The notes: generated by a model not told the origin, from the sequence alone. A stretch of 64,000 nucleotides of DNA from Candidatus Saccharimonadales bacterium (GCA_041906505.1 JAYRJB010000002.1:2363-66362), one strand, 5' to 3'. Shown: positions 19,601 through 27,917, counted from the stretch's first letter. Made by a program: numbers and translations.

Positions 19601-20083
19601 CGAATTAGCGGCAGACGAGCAGTTATTCCGTCTACTGCACTCGGGGACCGACTTCCAGGGCTCGTAACCGAACTGCAACAAAATAAATTGCGATTTGGTT
19701 TGCACGTTATGTACAACAAACAAAATCAGATTCATCCAAACAGCAACTTCTTTATTAGTTATAAAACTGGCACAAAATGTGCAAATCTTCAAAAAGCCCA
19801 AAATTGTCACACCACATACCTGGACTCTCAAGAAATCAACTGGCTTGCATTTCAATCCACCACAGGCATATTTGAGGGCAAGGCCATGCTGAGTGTGGAC
19901 GGCATACAGACACCCGTGAAGTACAGGGTGCATGCCACAGATGCACAGAAAAATTTTGGAAGCGGCAAAGACAGGATAAAAATCGAAATTTTTGACGAAC
20001 ACGCCAACAGCAATGTTGACCAGGTCATATACCAAGTCAATGCTGAGCTCGCAAAAGGTGATATAGTTATCAAGACGAAGTAA
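16619..20083 (+). CDS. Large secreted SGNH/GDSL hydrolase-domain protein with thrombospondin-type-3-like Ca-binding repeats
   Basis: 1154 aa with an N-terminal signal/anchor (AAITIIAIVGCFVF). GDSL block I is YLALGDSFSSGEGAY. D-rich repeats DIDGDGAPNNQEKC and DVDRDGRDDACD. The remainder is beta-rich. Confidence 0.65.
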   Translation: MRRLFLRTAAITIIAIVGCFVFHTSQTKISAETATWTTGAMPTLAVGPAVSGPLPPQCSPTDITYQSFTTTAGAFSAVPRDVAVSMCSTSNFIADYASPSAGVTSYGYIKPKTNYAYRVVDELERPTGLLPIPNSGRAIFTQSDGNVNGGRSLRILSNFASTGTFGPVYGSLNEMAYKLTNPGQPLKDGAGNIIHMMDGYAFSANGRWMIIEADNIGLLRIDTETKQMQLISTEYYTYGGGFRPVLTLAISDDGESAIRSGVSLNNTTVFDLSNCQTTPFIKGSSTNQATGCVKRNVQDNIVAQFSGFRAMYGMKYSADGKNVSGRIQRTGALGVIENFSMTYSVAGYQVPQTSYLALGDSFSSGEGAYDYESETDQKTPPNFCHTSKNSYPYLAAASLGITNFHSVACSGAKSTNYHEKSQATSLLSEEDFTKSWTPGIKPQAEYLKRVRASDAITISMIGNDIGFGNKLRRCILASDACFHFREDREAIAKEINLKFDSLVNMYVDIKTQASSAKVYVLGYPNLFSEAEACEPNALTEYEERIFSRAMVRYLNTTIKSATEKAGVQYIDVEQAFTGQQLCDPGRQKAVNGFTWGDSGPITIGPYSGPVGNESYHPNKLGQQLFSQALLAQSQSFTKQMPTPNSSAKPPTITSTAYTNLVDGAPSGNTINRGIYSELEGLEVLIKNKTTPIRQTEKALKANSVYEVWINSTPIKLGDVNTNSSGELAGEIAVPQNISPGFHTLHVYGQDIAGENIDLYKTLYVAETQEDIDGDGAPNNQEKCLVVEPINIDVDRDGRDDACDAEISDPPADSTPPQVSGALNTQPNALGWLNASTTISWSSIDPEPSSGIPTQPTSTEVNNEGEYVVTSDPSCDPLNNCATGSMNVKLDSTAPTLGTPEWTQNPKSITGSTKISIPVLDLYSGVSSAEYFIGDNDPGLGNGATMQIDPDHASTEFGSDFPSGVFRITVRAKDFAGNWSENVSDFLVVYGPKDSRISGRRAVIPSTALGDRLPGLVTELQQNKLRFGLHVMYNKQNQIHPNSNFFISYKTGTKCANLQKAQNCHTTYLDSQEINWLAFQSTTGIFEGKAMLSVDGIQTPVKYRVHATDAQKNFGSGKDRIKIEIFDEHANSNVDQVIYQVNAELAKGDIVIKTK

Positions 20084-20098
20084 AGGGGGTGGATTAGT

Positions 20099-20689
20099 AT
20101 GGTGCGCAAGAACGCTCTCAAGAAAAAACCAAAACAAAAAACAAGAAAACCAACATTATTCTCAAAAAAAGCAACTGCAATAGTGCTGTTAGGCATTGTG
20201 CTCACAACAACTACACTGTTGGCATATTCAAGGTATGCTCAACACCAAGATGCAGAAAAATTTCAACAAGCACAGGGCCAAAAAACACAAGTGTTCAGCG
20301 CAATAGTTGATAGTCTTGGGGATGTTTACAAAAAAGAAGAAAAGAATGTTTGTTTTCAGTCTGAACAAGGACCCTACGATAACGGAAAGTTATGGTGCCA
20401 AGTGTCCTCCGCAGCATACTTTAAGCGACCAATATCAGAATCAGAAATAAAAGATATCTACGAAAAAACTGTTAGACAAGATCCAATGAATCAGAAATAT
20501 TTTCAATTGAGTACTTTTCAAGAAAAGGCTCAGAAAAATCAAAAGAAAATCTGCGGCATGGAAACTTGGAGTGGCGAGGATGCTTCAACAACGCCGTATT
20601 TTTTTTCAGACATTGACAGTTCAAAAACAACAATAATCATCAAATGTGCGGATAGGGCAAAAGCGAAACACTACCCCTTTGTTGATTAG
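20099..20689 (+). CDS. Membrane-anchored hypothetical protein
   Basis: 196 aa. A basic N-terminus is followed by a TM segment (AIVLLGIVLTTTTLLAY). No recognisable motifs. Confidence 0.45.
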   Translation: MVRKNALKKKPKQKTRKPTLFSKKATAIVLLGIVLTTTTLLAYSRYAQHQDAEKFQQAQGQKTQVFSAIVDSLGDVYKKEEKNVCFQSEQGPYDNGKLWCQVSSAAYFKRPISESEIKDIYEKTVRQDPMNQKYFQLSTFQEKAQKNQKKICGMETWSGEDASTTPYFFSDIDSSKTTIIIKCADRAKAKHYPFVD

Positions 20690-20719
20690 CCAAAACGCCA
20701 GACTATTCGATGAAAAAAT

Positions 20720-20753
20720 GTGACAAAAATACGCGATCGCGCAAAATAGTATC
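20720..20753 (+). repeat. 34-bp dyad repeat, copy 1 (GTGAC-N7-CGCGATCGCG-N7-GTATC), abutting the start codon of the PaaX-like gene
   Basis: Reads GTGACaaaaataCGCGATCGCGcaaaataGTATC and ends 1 nt before ATG 20754. Confidence 0.8.
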
Positions 20754-21311
20754 ATGACTAAAGAAGTAAATACATCAAAAATATTGGATTCGATACTAAA
20801 CTTGTTTGTTGGTAGTGGGGTTGTAGTAACGACTATTGTTGCACCAAACGCAATTCAAGCGCTGGACAAACCACTAAACGGCTATTTTAGAGCTATGAAT
20901 GGTCGGGCTAGAGAAAGAGAGCTTAAAAAACACGTACGTTATCTAAGGACAAGAGGCTATCTAAAAGAATATGCTCACGGACTGCAGTTGACAGAAAAAG
21001 GAAGGACGCGCTTACAAAGAGCCGAGATTGAAGACCTAAAAATCACTCAACCCAAAAAGTGGGATCACAAGTGGAGAATTGTCTTGTTTGATATCCCCGA
21101 AGCCAAGAAAACGGGCAGGGATGGACTAACCAGAAAGCTGAAGGAAATCGGCTTTTTTACTCTACAAAAAAGCGTTTGGCTGCACCCGTTTCCGTGTCGC
21201 GAAGAGATTGAGCAAGTCGCCTCTTATTACGAGATAGATCGGTACGTGACCTTTATCGAAACAAACTATATAGACAAACAAGACTTGTTGATAAAACAAT
21301 TCAAAGTATAA
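20754..21311 (+). CDS. PaaX-like transcriptional regulator (Cas2-like fold C-terminal domain)
   Basis: 185 aa. KKWDHKWRIVLFDIPEAKKTGRDGLTRKLKEIGFFTLQKSVWLHPFP matches the PaaX-family core pattern (W..W..V.F.IPE..R..R..L...GF..L...VW..P). Confidence 0.65.
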   Translation: MTKEVNTSKILDSILNLFVGSGVVVTTIVAPNAIQALDKPLNGYFRAMNGRARERELKKHVRYLRTRGYLKEYAHGLQLTEKGRTRLQRAEIEDLKITQPKKWDHKWRIVLFDIPEAKKTGRDGLTRKLKEIGFFTLQKSVWLHPFPCREEIEQVASYYEIDRYVTFIETNYIDKQDLLIKQFKV

Positions 21312-21315
21312 AAAC

Positions 21316-21349
21316 GTTACTTATTTACGCGATCGCGTATTATTGTCAC
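21316..21349 (-). repeat. 34-bp dyad repeat, copy 2 (inverted relative to copy 1)
   Basis: The reverse complement reads GTGACaataataCGCGATCGCGtaaataaGTAAC. It lies between the convergent stops of the PaaX-like gene and the GT4 gene. Confidence 0.8.
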
Positions 21350-21362
21350 ACATTTCAAGGAG

Positions 21363-22484
21363 TTAACTTTTTGTTTTGAGGAGCGAGGTGTAAATATCGA
21401 GGGTTTCGTGAGCCGTCTTTTCCCAGGAATAATGCCGAAGTTGGTCAAACCCCTTGTTTTTCAGAGAACTTCTTAGGTCAGCAGACTCAAGTACCTCCCC
21501 AATTTTCTTTGCCATGTCTTGAGCATCTAAGGGATCAAAAAACAGGGCAGCGTCTCCATAAATCTCGGGCAGACACGTTGCGCTACTGCTCACAAGAGGA
21601 CAGCCATGCGCCATCGCCTCTAGCCCAGGCAGGCCGAAGCCTTCACTCAAAGAAGGAAGAACATAGCCTTCAGCATTTTCATAAAGCCATCGAAGCTGCG
21701 TGTCGGGAACAAATCCGGCATATATGGTCGCTCGATAAGAAGACCGTTGTTTGTGCCAATCTTCTAGCTGTTCAAAATAATATTCTTTTTTTCCTGCAAG
21801 CACCAAGAGCAACTTTGAGTTAGTTTGCCGAAGCACCTCGAACGCTTCTATGAGGCGCTGTATGTTTTTGTGCGGAAAAGGGCTGCCAACATGGAAAATA
21901 AACGGTTTCTCAACACCTGGCACGGCTTGAGAGGTTTCGTGTATTGGTGGCTCGCTGGCTTCGTAGGTTACAGCAATTTTTTGCTGAATTGATGGCTGAT
22001 AGTTCGACAGGTCATCTTTCACAAATTGTGAAGGCACAATAATGGCTTTGGACTTACGGTGTGCGTGTCGAAAAAGCAGCCGATAGGCGAGTCGCTTAAT
22101 CCAAAAAACAGGCAGAAATGTACCTTTTCTGCGCACAAAACGAAGCATTGTGAGGTCGTGGGTGGTGGTTACGATGTTGCCAAAATAAAATAATGGTTGT
22201 TGTGTCATTGTAAAGTGGACAAGGCCAGGTCTCAATCTGTAAAGTAGCAACGAGAACCCAATTTGCTCGAGCGGATTTAGAGAAAACTGCTTATATCGAC
22301 ACATATTGGTAGAAAAATTTTTGGCGGATGGCTGCCAGGGGTCATCTCTCTCAAGAAGCACCGTATAACGATTGTCGGAGTCGATTTTTTGTAAATGCTC
22401 GAGAAGGCGATCCGCATAACGCCCCGTGCTGGCACGACGGATGCGCGCATCAATAACGATATGTCTAGAAGGTAAGTCGCTCAT
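21363..22484 (-). CDS. Glycosyltransferase family 4
   Basis: 373 aa. Contains the GT-B/GT4 signature EGFGLPGLEAMAHGCPLVSS. Confidence 0.8.
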   Translation of the reverse strand: MSDLPSRHIVIDARIRRASTGRYADRLLEHLQKIDSDNRYTVLLERDDPWQPSAKNFSTNMCRYKQFSLNPLEQIGFSLLLYRLRPGLVHFTMTQQPLFYFGNIVTTTHDLTMLRFVRRKGTFLPVFWIKRLAYRLLFRHAHRKSKAIIVPSQFVKDDLSNYQPSIQQKIAVTYEASEPPIHETSQAVPGVEKPFIFHVGSPFPHKNIQRLIEAFEVLRQTNSKLLLVLAGKKEYYFEQLEDWHKQRSSYRATIYAGFVPDTQLRWLYENAEGYVLPSLSEGFGLPGLEAMAHGCPLVSSSATCLPEIYGDAALFFDPLDAQDMAKKIGEVLESADLRSSLKNKGFDQLRHYSWEKTAHETLDIYTSLLKTKS

Positions 22485-22508
22485 ACTACTGGTACAATTG
22501 TACTAACA

Positions 22509-23807
22509 ATGCAGACAGTTCAGAAATATCTTGTGTACGCAGCACTGGCACTGTTTATTTATATGCCGTTTCATATATTTTTGGCGCTTTGGCTCAGCAC
22601 GTTCACAGGCGGGTTGGATGCGTGGAAGATAGCGAAAGATGTACTTACTGCTGCACTTACCGTAGCTAGTGTTGCGCTAGTTTTTGGCACGCGAAAGCAC
22701 ACGAGGTTATACGTGTGGCTAGTGGGACTCACGGCGCTCTATGGGCTTCATCACTTGGGAATTATGTTTTTTACTGATCAGCCTCTGGACACTGGCCTGC
22801 TTGCAACAACCTACAACGTTCGTTTGTTTTGTTTTCTTTTGATTGGCTACAGCGCGGCGCTGCTTGTACCAAGACAATTCAACACTCGATTGCTCGCGCG
22901 AGTATTGATCATAGCTAGCACAACTGTTTGCTTAATTGGCATAGCGCAGTACGTACTGCCGAAAGATATAATGACGCACTTTGGCTACAGCCTTGAGAGA
23001 GGGGTAAAACCCATGTTCTTTATCGATGACAAGCCCGATTTGCCACGAATAATGTCCACGATTCGCGACCCTAACTCACTTGGAGCGTTTCTGATCCTAC
23101 CGATCACGATATTGGCCCAAGCATTGGTGCGCAGTTGGAAAACCCAGCGGCGAATGCTGCTTGCAGGCCTTTTGTTGCTTCATGTCTGGGCACTGTTTTT
23201 GACATTTTCAAGGAGTGCCCTAGGGGCGACTGTCTTGTCGCTTGGCGTAGCTTTTGCGCTTGGCTACCAAAAGCAGATCCGCGCTTTTGGCAAAAGATAC
23301 AGCTACCTAATTGTCGCAGGAGTCGTGATTTTATTTGTCGGGGCGTTTGCGCTTAGGGATCAATATTTTGTTCAGAATGTAATCTTTCACGCAGACGAAT
23401 CAACCCAGCTTGATGACCCGCAAGAGCTTCGTGTCTCGCTGGTTCAGCGGGGAATTGATGGCATCGTAGACAAGCCTCTTGGGAATGGACCTGGGACGGC
23501 TGGGCTAGTGTCAGTTCACAACGAAAACGGTGGGTTATTGCCAGAAAATTACTTTGTGCAGGTCGGATATGAGGTGGGGGTATTTGGGCTGATGCTATTT
23601 CTGGCACTGCTTGGCTACGTGCTCTGGCAGTTGTGGCAGAGGAGGCAAGACCAGATTGTGCAGGCACTAATTGCGAGCTTTGTAGGATTGTTTTTGATGA
23701 ATTTGGTGCTCATGACCTGGGCGAACGAAGCCGTGGCTTGCGCTTGGTTTATGCTTGCTGGAGCAGCTCTCGTTTTGAAAATAAACAAACAAAAAAGTTC
23801 AAAATAA
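22509..23807 (+). CDS. O-antigen ligase/polymerase-like (Wzy_C family) polytopic membrane protein
   Basis: 432 aa with about 10-12 TM segments. A periplasmic-loop region with ...FSRSALGATV... is typical of the O-antigen ligase family. Confidence 0.6.
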   Translation: MQTVQKYLVYAALALFIYMPFHIFLALWLSTFTGGLDAWKIAKDVLTAALTVASVALVFGTRKHTRLYVWLVGLTALYGLHHLGIMFFTDQPLDTGLLATTYNVRLFCFLLIGYSAALLVPRQFNTRLLARVLIIASTTVCLIGIAQYVLPKDIMTHFGYSLERGVKPMFFIDDKPDLPRIMSTIRDPNSLGAFLILPITILAQALVRSWKTQRRMLLAGLLLLHVWALFLTFSRSALGATVLSLGVAFALGYQKQIRAFGKRYSYLIVAGVVILFVGAFALRDQYFVQNVIFHADESTQLDDPQELRVSLVQRGIDGIVDKPLGNGPGTAGLVSVHNENGGLLPENYFVQVGYEVGVFGLMLFLALLGYVLWQLWQRRQDQIVQALIASFVGLFLMNLVLMTWANEAVACAWFMLAGAALVLKINKQKSSK

Positions 23808-23810
23808 AGT

Positions 23811-23844
23811 GTGACAAAAATACGCGATCGCGTAAAAAAGTAAC
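23811..23844 (+). repeat. 34-bp dyad repeat, copy 3
   Basis: Reads GTGACaaaaataCGCGATCGCGtaaaaaaGTAAC. It lies between the convergent stops at 23807 and 23865. Confidence 0.8.
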
Positions 23845-23864
23845 ACTTTTTGATCCGTTGGTTA

Positions 23865-24830
23865 CTATATTTTAGGGATTTTTGGCGGGCGGTTTTTGTA
23901 GAGGATGGAGTCGATGTGTTTTGTGCTAACTTTTCGGGATTTTTGGATTTGGTGCCTATCTTTTAAAACTGCTGGAAGGTGGAGAATGAAATAGCTGAGC
24001 CCTCTTAAATATGCCCATATGCCGCCGCGGAGGAGGCTTGTGCCGCACATACGAAACATCGTGTAGGCGAAAAGCGGGAGGTACTTCCAAAATAACCAAC
24101 CAGGCATATTTTTTACGTAAAGCATGAAGAGATTTTTTACCGAATGGTATCGCGTGAATGATCCCAATTTGGAGCTTGTGGATCCGATACGATGATAGGC
24201 GATCGCCTTGGGCTGGTACCATACTTTCCAGCCAGCTAGTTGCGCACGGAACGATATGTCCACATCTTCGAAATAGGCGAAGAAGCTCTCGTCGAATGGG
24301 CCGATTTCTTTCAGCAGCTCTGTTCTATATAGACTTGCTCCACCAGAAGCGCCGAAGACTTCTTCGCTTGCATCGTACTGGTCGGCATCTTCTTGGTTTC
24401 GGCCTCTCGGGAAGGCGATCCCATATCTCGAGTAAAAGTCCCCCGTGCTGTCGATGTATTTCTTGTCACTTCGGAGCAGTTTGCCGGTAACTATTCCTAG
24501 TTCTGGATTCCCTTTGATTGATTCGACGAGGTTCTTTAACCAATCTTTGTCGGCAACGGCGTCGTTGTTGAAGAGTGCCACAGCATCAGCGCCGTTCCCC
24601 ATTGCGTATCGAATACCAACATTTACACCTCCTGCAAAGCCAAGATTTGTGGGATTTTCAAGCAAAGTGACGCCAGGAAACTGACCATTGACAAGCTCGG
24701 CGGAATTATCAGTCGACGCATTATCTACTACAACAACAGAGGTGCTATACGACTGCATTTCGATTGATTTGAGACTCTCGCCAAGCCACTCTGCCCCGTT
24801 CCAGTTGGGTATGACAACAAAGACCTTCAT
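23865..24830 (-). CDS. Glycosyltransferase family 2 (WbbL-like rhamnosyltransferase type)
   Basis: 321 aa. MKVFVVIPNWNGAEWLGESLKSIEMQSYSTSVVVVDNASTDNS, NLGFAGGVN and LFNNDAV are typical of the GT2 rhamnosyltransferase subgroup. Confidence 0.7.
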   Translation of the reverse strand: MKVFVVIPNWNGAEWLGESLKSIEMQSYSTSVVVVDNASTDNSAELVNGQFPGVTLLENPTNLGFAGGVNVGIRYAMGNGADAVALFNNDAVADKDWLKNLVESIKGNPELGIVTGKLLRSDKKYIDSTGDFYSRYGIAFPRGRNQEDADQYDASEEVFGASGGASLYRTELLKEIGPFDESFFAYFEDVDISFRAQLAGWKVWYQPKAIAYHRIGSTSSKLGSFTRYHSVKNLFMLYVKNMPGWLFWKYLPLFAYTMFRMCGTSLLRGGIWAYLRGLSYFILHLPAVLKDRHQIQKSRKVSTKHIDSILYKNRPPKIPKI

Positions 24831-24891
24831 TATTTACCCATCTTATCACTACAATAGTCCTAACTGAGGTATAATTGTAATCAAGACTTTC

Positions 24892-25692
24892 ATGAAACAA
24901 GCCTTTTCTAAGCAAAACAGAGCTTTGTTGGCCGAACTTGTTCGGACAGATTTTAAATTGCGCTATCAAGGTTCGGTTCTCGGCTACGCATGGTCTTTGC
25001 TGCGGCCACTTTTTCTGTTTGCCATCCTTTACGTTGTATTTGTAAAATTTTTAAAACTCGGCACAGGTATAGAGCACTTTCCAATCTATTTACTCCTGGG
25101 AATAGTTCTTTGGACTTTTTTTGCTGACTTAACGAGCCAGGGACTAGGATCAATCGTGGGCAGGGGAGACTTAATTCGTAAAATTAGGATACCGCGTTGG
25201 ATTATTGTGCTTTCCACGAGTTTTTCTGCCGTTATCAATCTTGCACTAAACATGATTGTTGTGGTTGTTTTTATGGTTCTGAACAAGGTGAATCTTCTAG
25301 GGACAAGCCTCTGGTTGCCGTTAGTTATTTTTGAGATATTCATTCTTGGGTTCGGGCTCGCACTCTATTTATCTGCCGCTTTTGTAAAGTACAGAGACAT
25401 TAGTTACATTTGGGAGATTATTTTGCAGGCAGGATTTTATGTCACACCGATTTTGTATCCTCTAACGCTGATCACAAATGTTGATTATCAGAAGATACTC
25501 CTACTTAATCCCATGGCCCAAGCAATACAAGATGCAAGATATGCGCTGGTCACACACCAAGCAATCACCATGGATCAAATTTTTTCTCAAGAATGGGTAC
25601 GACTACTGCCACTTGGTTTATGCGTATTCATTTTTGTTTTTGGGGTGTGGTACTTCAAGCGAGAAGCCAGAAGCTTTGCGGAGAATCTGTAG
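24892..25692 (+). CDS. wzm: ABC-2 type polysaccharide exporter permease (Wzm/TagG-like)
   Basis: 266 aa with 6 TM segments. The N-terminus LVRTDFKLRYQGSVLGYAWSLLRPL is the ABC-2 permease signature. Confidence 0.85.
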   Translation: MKQAFSKQNRALLAELVRTDFKLRYQGSVLGYAWSLLRPLFLFAILYVVFVKFLKLGTGIEHFPIYLLLGIVLWTFFADLTSQGLGSIVGRGDLIRKIRIPRWIIVLSTSFSAVINLALNMIVVVVFMVLNKVNLLGTSLWLPLVIFEIFILGFGLALYLSAAFVKYRDISYIWEIILQAGFYVTPILYPLTLITNVDYQKILLLNPMAQAIQDARYALVTHQAITMDQIFSQEWVRLLPLGLCVFIFVFGVWYFKREARSFAENL

Positions 25693-26892
25693 ATGAGCGA
25701 CGTTGCCATAAAAGTAGACAATGTCAGTAAGTCTTTTAGACTTCCACACGAAAAAGTGACATCTATAAAGAGTGCGTTCACAGGTCTTTTTAGCGGCAAG
25801 CGAACGTTTGAAAAACAGGAAGTGCTGAAAAATATATCGTTAGAAATAAAAAAGGGAGAATTTTTTGGCATCGTTGGGAGAAACGGCAGCGGCAAAAGCA
25901 CACTATTAAAACTTCTTGCCGGTATCTATAGCCCGGACGAAGGGCGCATTCAAGTTAATGGCAAATTGACCCCGTTTATTGAATTAGGTGTTGGATTTAA
26001 CCCAGAGCTAACGGGTCGAGAAAATGTTTTTCTCAACGGCTCCCTACTTGGCTTTAATCGCAAAGAAATGGATTCAATGTACGATGAAATTGTTGAGTTT
26101 GCGGAGTTAGAAAAATTTATGGATCAAAAGTTAAAAAACTACTCTTCTGGTATGCAGGTAAGGCTGGCTTTTTCTATAGCAATTAGGGCAAAAACAGGGA
26201 TACTTTTAATCGACGAGGTTTTAGCGGTTGGAGATACAGCTTTTCAAAAAAAATGCTATGAACATTTTCTATTTCTGAAAAAACAAGGAAAGACGGTAGT
26301 GTTAGTAACTCACGACATGACAGCCGTAGAAAGGTTTTGCACAAAAGTGTTAGTGCTTCATCAAGGAGTAAGAAAAGGGATATTTACACCCAGAGAAGCA
26401 GCTAGTTTTTACGATGAACTAAACTCTGAAAGCGTAGATAATAAAAAAACAAACAAAATTCAGAAAGAAAAAGGAAGATGGGGAACCAAAGAAGTCGAGA
26501 TCACTAACATCTATGTCGAAGGAGCGCTAGAGAACATAGCCAAAACGTTCACGGTAAAACAAGGCAAAGACATAGCCTTAAATATCGAGACGAAGTCCAG
26601 CACGAAGAGAACAAAACAAATTGTAATTGGCCTTGCGTTTTTTAACCAATATGGCGTCAATTTATCGGGTCCAAATAGTATGAAGGAAAAGCTAAGTTCC
26701 GATAAAATAATTAAGTACATAATACCAAGGCTTTCATTTAATCCTGGAGAGTATGAGATTACGGTTGTTGTTTTTGATCCCCAGGCTATCAACGAGTACG
26801 ATCATATCGAAAAAGCAATCAAATTAAATGTGGTTGCTGAGGATCACCAGAAACATGGGGCAATAGAACTTTTCGGGGGGTGGGTTCAATAA
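25693..26892 (+). CDS. wzt: Polysaccharide ABC exporter ATP-binding protein (Wzt/TagH-like) with a C-terminal beta-sandwich extension
   Basis: 399 aa. Walker A GRNGSGKSTLLK, signature YSSGMQVRLAF, Walker B ILLIDEVL. An extra C-terminal region of about 150 aa (GRWGTKEVEITNIYVEG...YEITVVVFD) resembles Wzt carbohydrate-binding domains. Confidence 0.85.
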   Translation: MSDVAIKVDNVSKSFRLPHEKVTSIKSAFTGLFSGKRTFEKQEVLKNISLEIKKGEFFGIVGRNGSGKSTLLKLLAGIYSPDEGRIQVNGKLTPFIELGVGFNPELTGRENVFLNGSLLGFNRKEMDSMYDEIVEFAELEKFMDQKLKNYSSGMQVRLAFSIAIRAKTGILLIDEVLAVGDTAFQKKCYEHFLFLKKQGKTVVLVTHDMTAVERFCTKVLVLHQGVRKGIFTPREAASFYDELNSESVDNKKTNKIQKEKGRWGTKEVEITNIYVEGALENIAKTFTVKQGKDIALNIETKSSTKRTKQIVIGLAFFNQYGVNLSGPNSMKEKLSSDKIIKYIIPRLSFNPGEYEITVVVFDPQAINEYDHIEKAIKLNVVAEDHQKHGAIELFGGWVQ

Positions 26893-27912
26893 ATGAGTAA
26901 ATTTAACGCCCAAAATCTACCGTTCGATCAGTATAGTCGCCAGATGCGTGTACTTGGTGTGGTTAATTCGCTTAGAAAACAAAAACAATCTTTTAAGATT
27001 CTCGACGTAGGCGGGTACAAAGGCGCAACTTCAAAGTTACACACCCTAGATGACGTTACAGTATTGGACCTTTTTGATGTAAAGGAAAAAAATTACATAA
27101 AAGGTAGCGCTCTGAAAATGCCTTTCAGTAATGATGAGTTTGATTTTGTAGTCAGCTTTGATGTATTTGAGCACATTGAGAATAAAGACCGTGAAAAGTT
27201 TTTATCAGAAAGCGCGAGGGTTGCCAAGATTGGAGTAATTACTGCCGCTCCAGTGCTAACGCCCGCCAATGCTAAAGCTGAACAGACCTTAAATGACCTA
27301 TATAAGGGTCTTCATGGCGAGAGCCATCCGTGGCTTAAGGAGCACATAGAGTATGGGCTTCCTAGAGTAGGGCAGGTTGAAGAAGTAATGACAAGTCTGG
27401 GCATGAGAGTAATAACTTTCTTAAGTAATGATGTATTGCTTTGGGCACTAATGCAGGGTGCTATTTTTATTAATTCAAAACTTACATATGACGAACCTAG
27501 TCTATTAGAGCTGAATGTTTTTTATAATTCAACTGCAAAAAATGACGGTACTACTAATAAAGAAGACAGCTACAGGCATATTGTATGTGGATTTAAAAAT
27601 GCCAACGACTATGAAAGTGTAAAAAAGTATGATAAAAAAAACCCACACCTAAGCTCTACTCAAAAAATTGAAATAATTGAAATGCTTCACGAACATTATA
27701 TTGGCGCCCTTATGCAATGTTCTAAGAAATATAAGCCTATCGAGCAAGAACTCTTTAAAAAAATCAAGGAAAAAGACTTATTAGTGCAGACAATTCATAA
27801 TATTGAGCTCGAGCGTGACGAATACAAGAGGGAACTAGAGCACATAAAAGGAACCAAATCTTTTAAGGCGTATAGTAAACTTGCGTCTGCCAAAAGGAGA
27901 CTAAAAAACTAA
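26893..27912 (+). CDS. Class I SAM-dependent methyltransferase with a C-terminal coiled coil
   Basis: 339 aa. SAM motif ILDVGGYKG, then FDFVVSFDVFEHI. The C-terminal ~70 aa are heptad-like (IEQELFKKIKEKDLLVQTIHNIELERDEYKRELEHIK). Confidence 0.7.
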   Translation: MSKFNAQNLPFDQYSRQMRVLGVVNSLRKQKQSFKILDVGGYKGATSKLHTLDDVTVLDLFDVKEKNYIKGSALKMPFSNDEFDFVVSFDVFEHIENKDREKFLSESARVAKIGVITAAPVLTPANAKAEQTLNDLYKGLHGESHPWLKEHIEYGLPRVGQVEEVMTSLGMRVITFLSNDVLLWALMQGAIFINSKLTYDEPSLLELNVFYNSTAKNDGTTNKEDSYRHIVCGFKNANDYESVKKYDKKNPHLSSTQKIEIIEMLHEHYIGALMQCSKKYKPIEQELFKKIKEKDLLVQTIHNIELERDEYKRELEHIKGTKSFKAYSKLASAKRRLKN

Positions 27913-27917
27913 AGCGT

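Noticed and set aside
19177-20205. Long minus-strand ORFs (180, 187 and 117 aa) opposite the 3' part of the SGNH gene and the next gene
   Set aside because: They overlap well-supported plus-strand genes, have no recognisable motifs and show odd composition. They are probably shadow ORFs.
20720-21349. PaaX-like gene flanked by 34-bp inverted repeats, considered as a miniature transposon or IS
   Set aside because: There is no transposase or recombinase gene and no obvious target-site duplication outside the repeats. The internal dyad symmetry of each repeat fits a protein-binding site better than transposon ends. I kept it as a finding with recombination as only one alternative.
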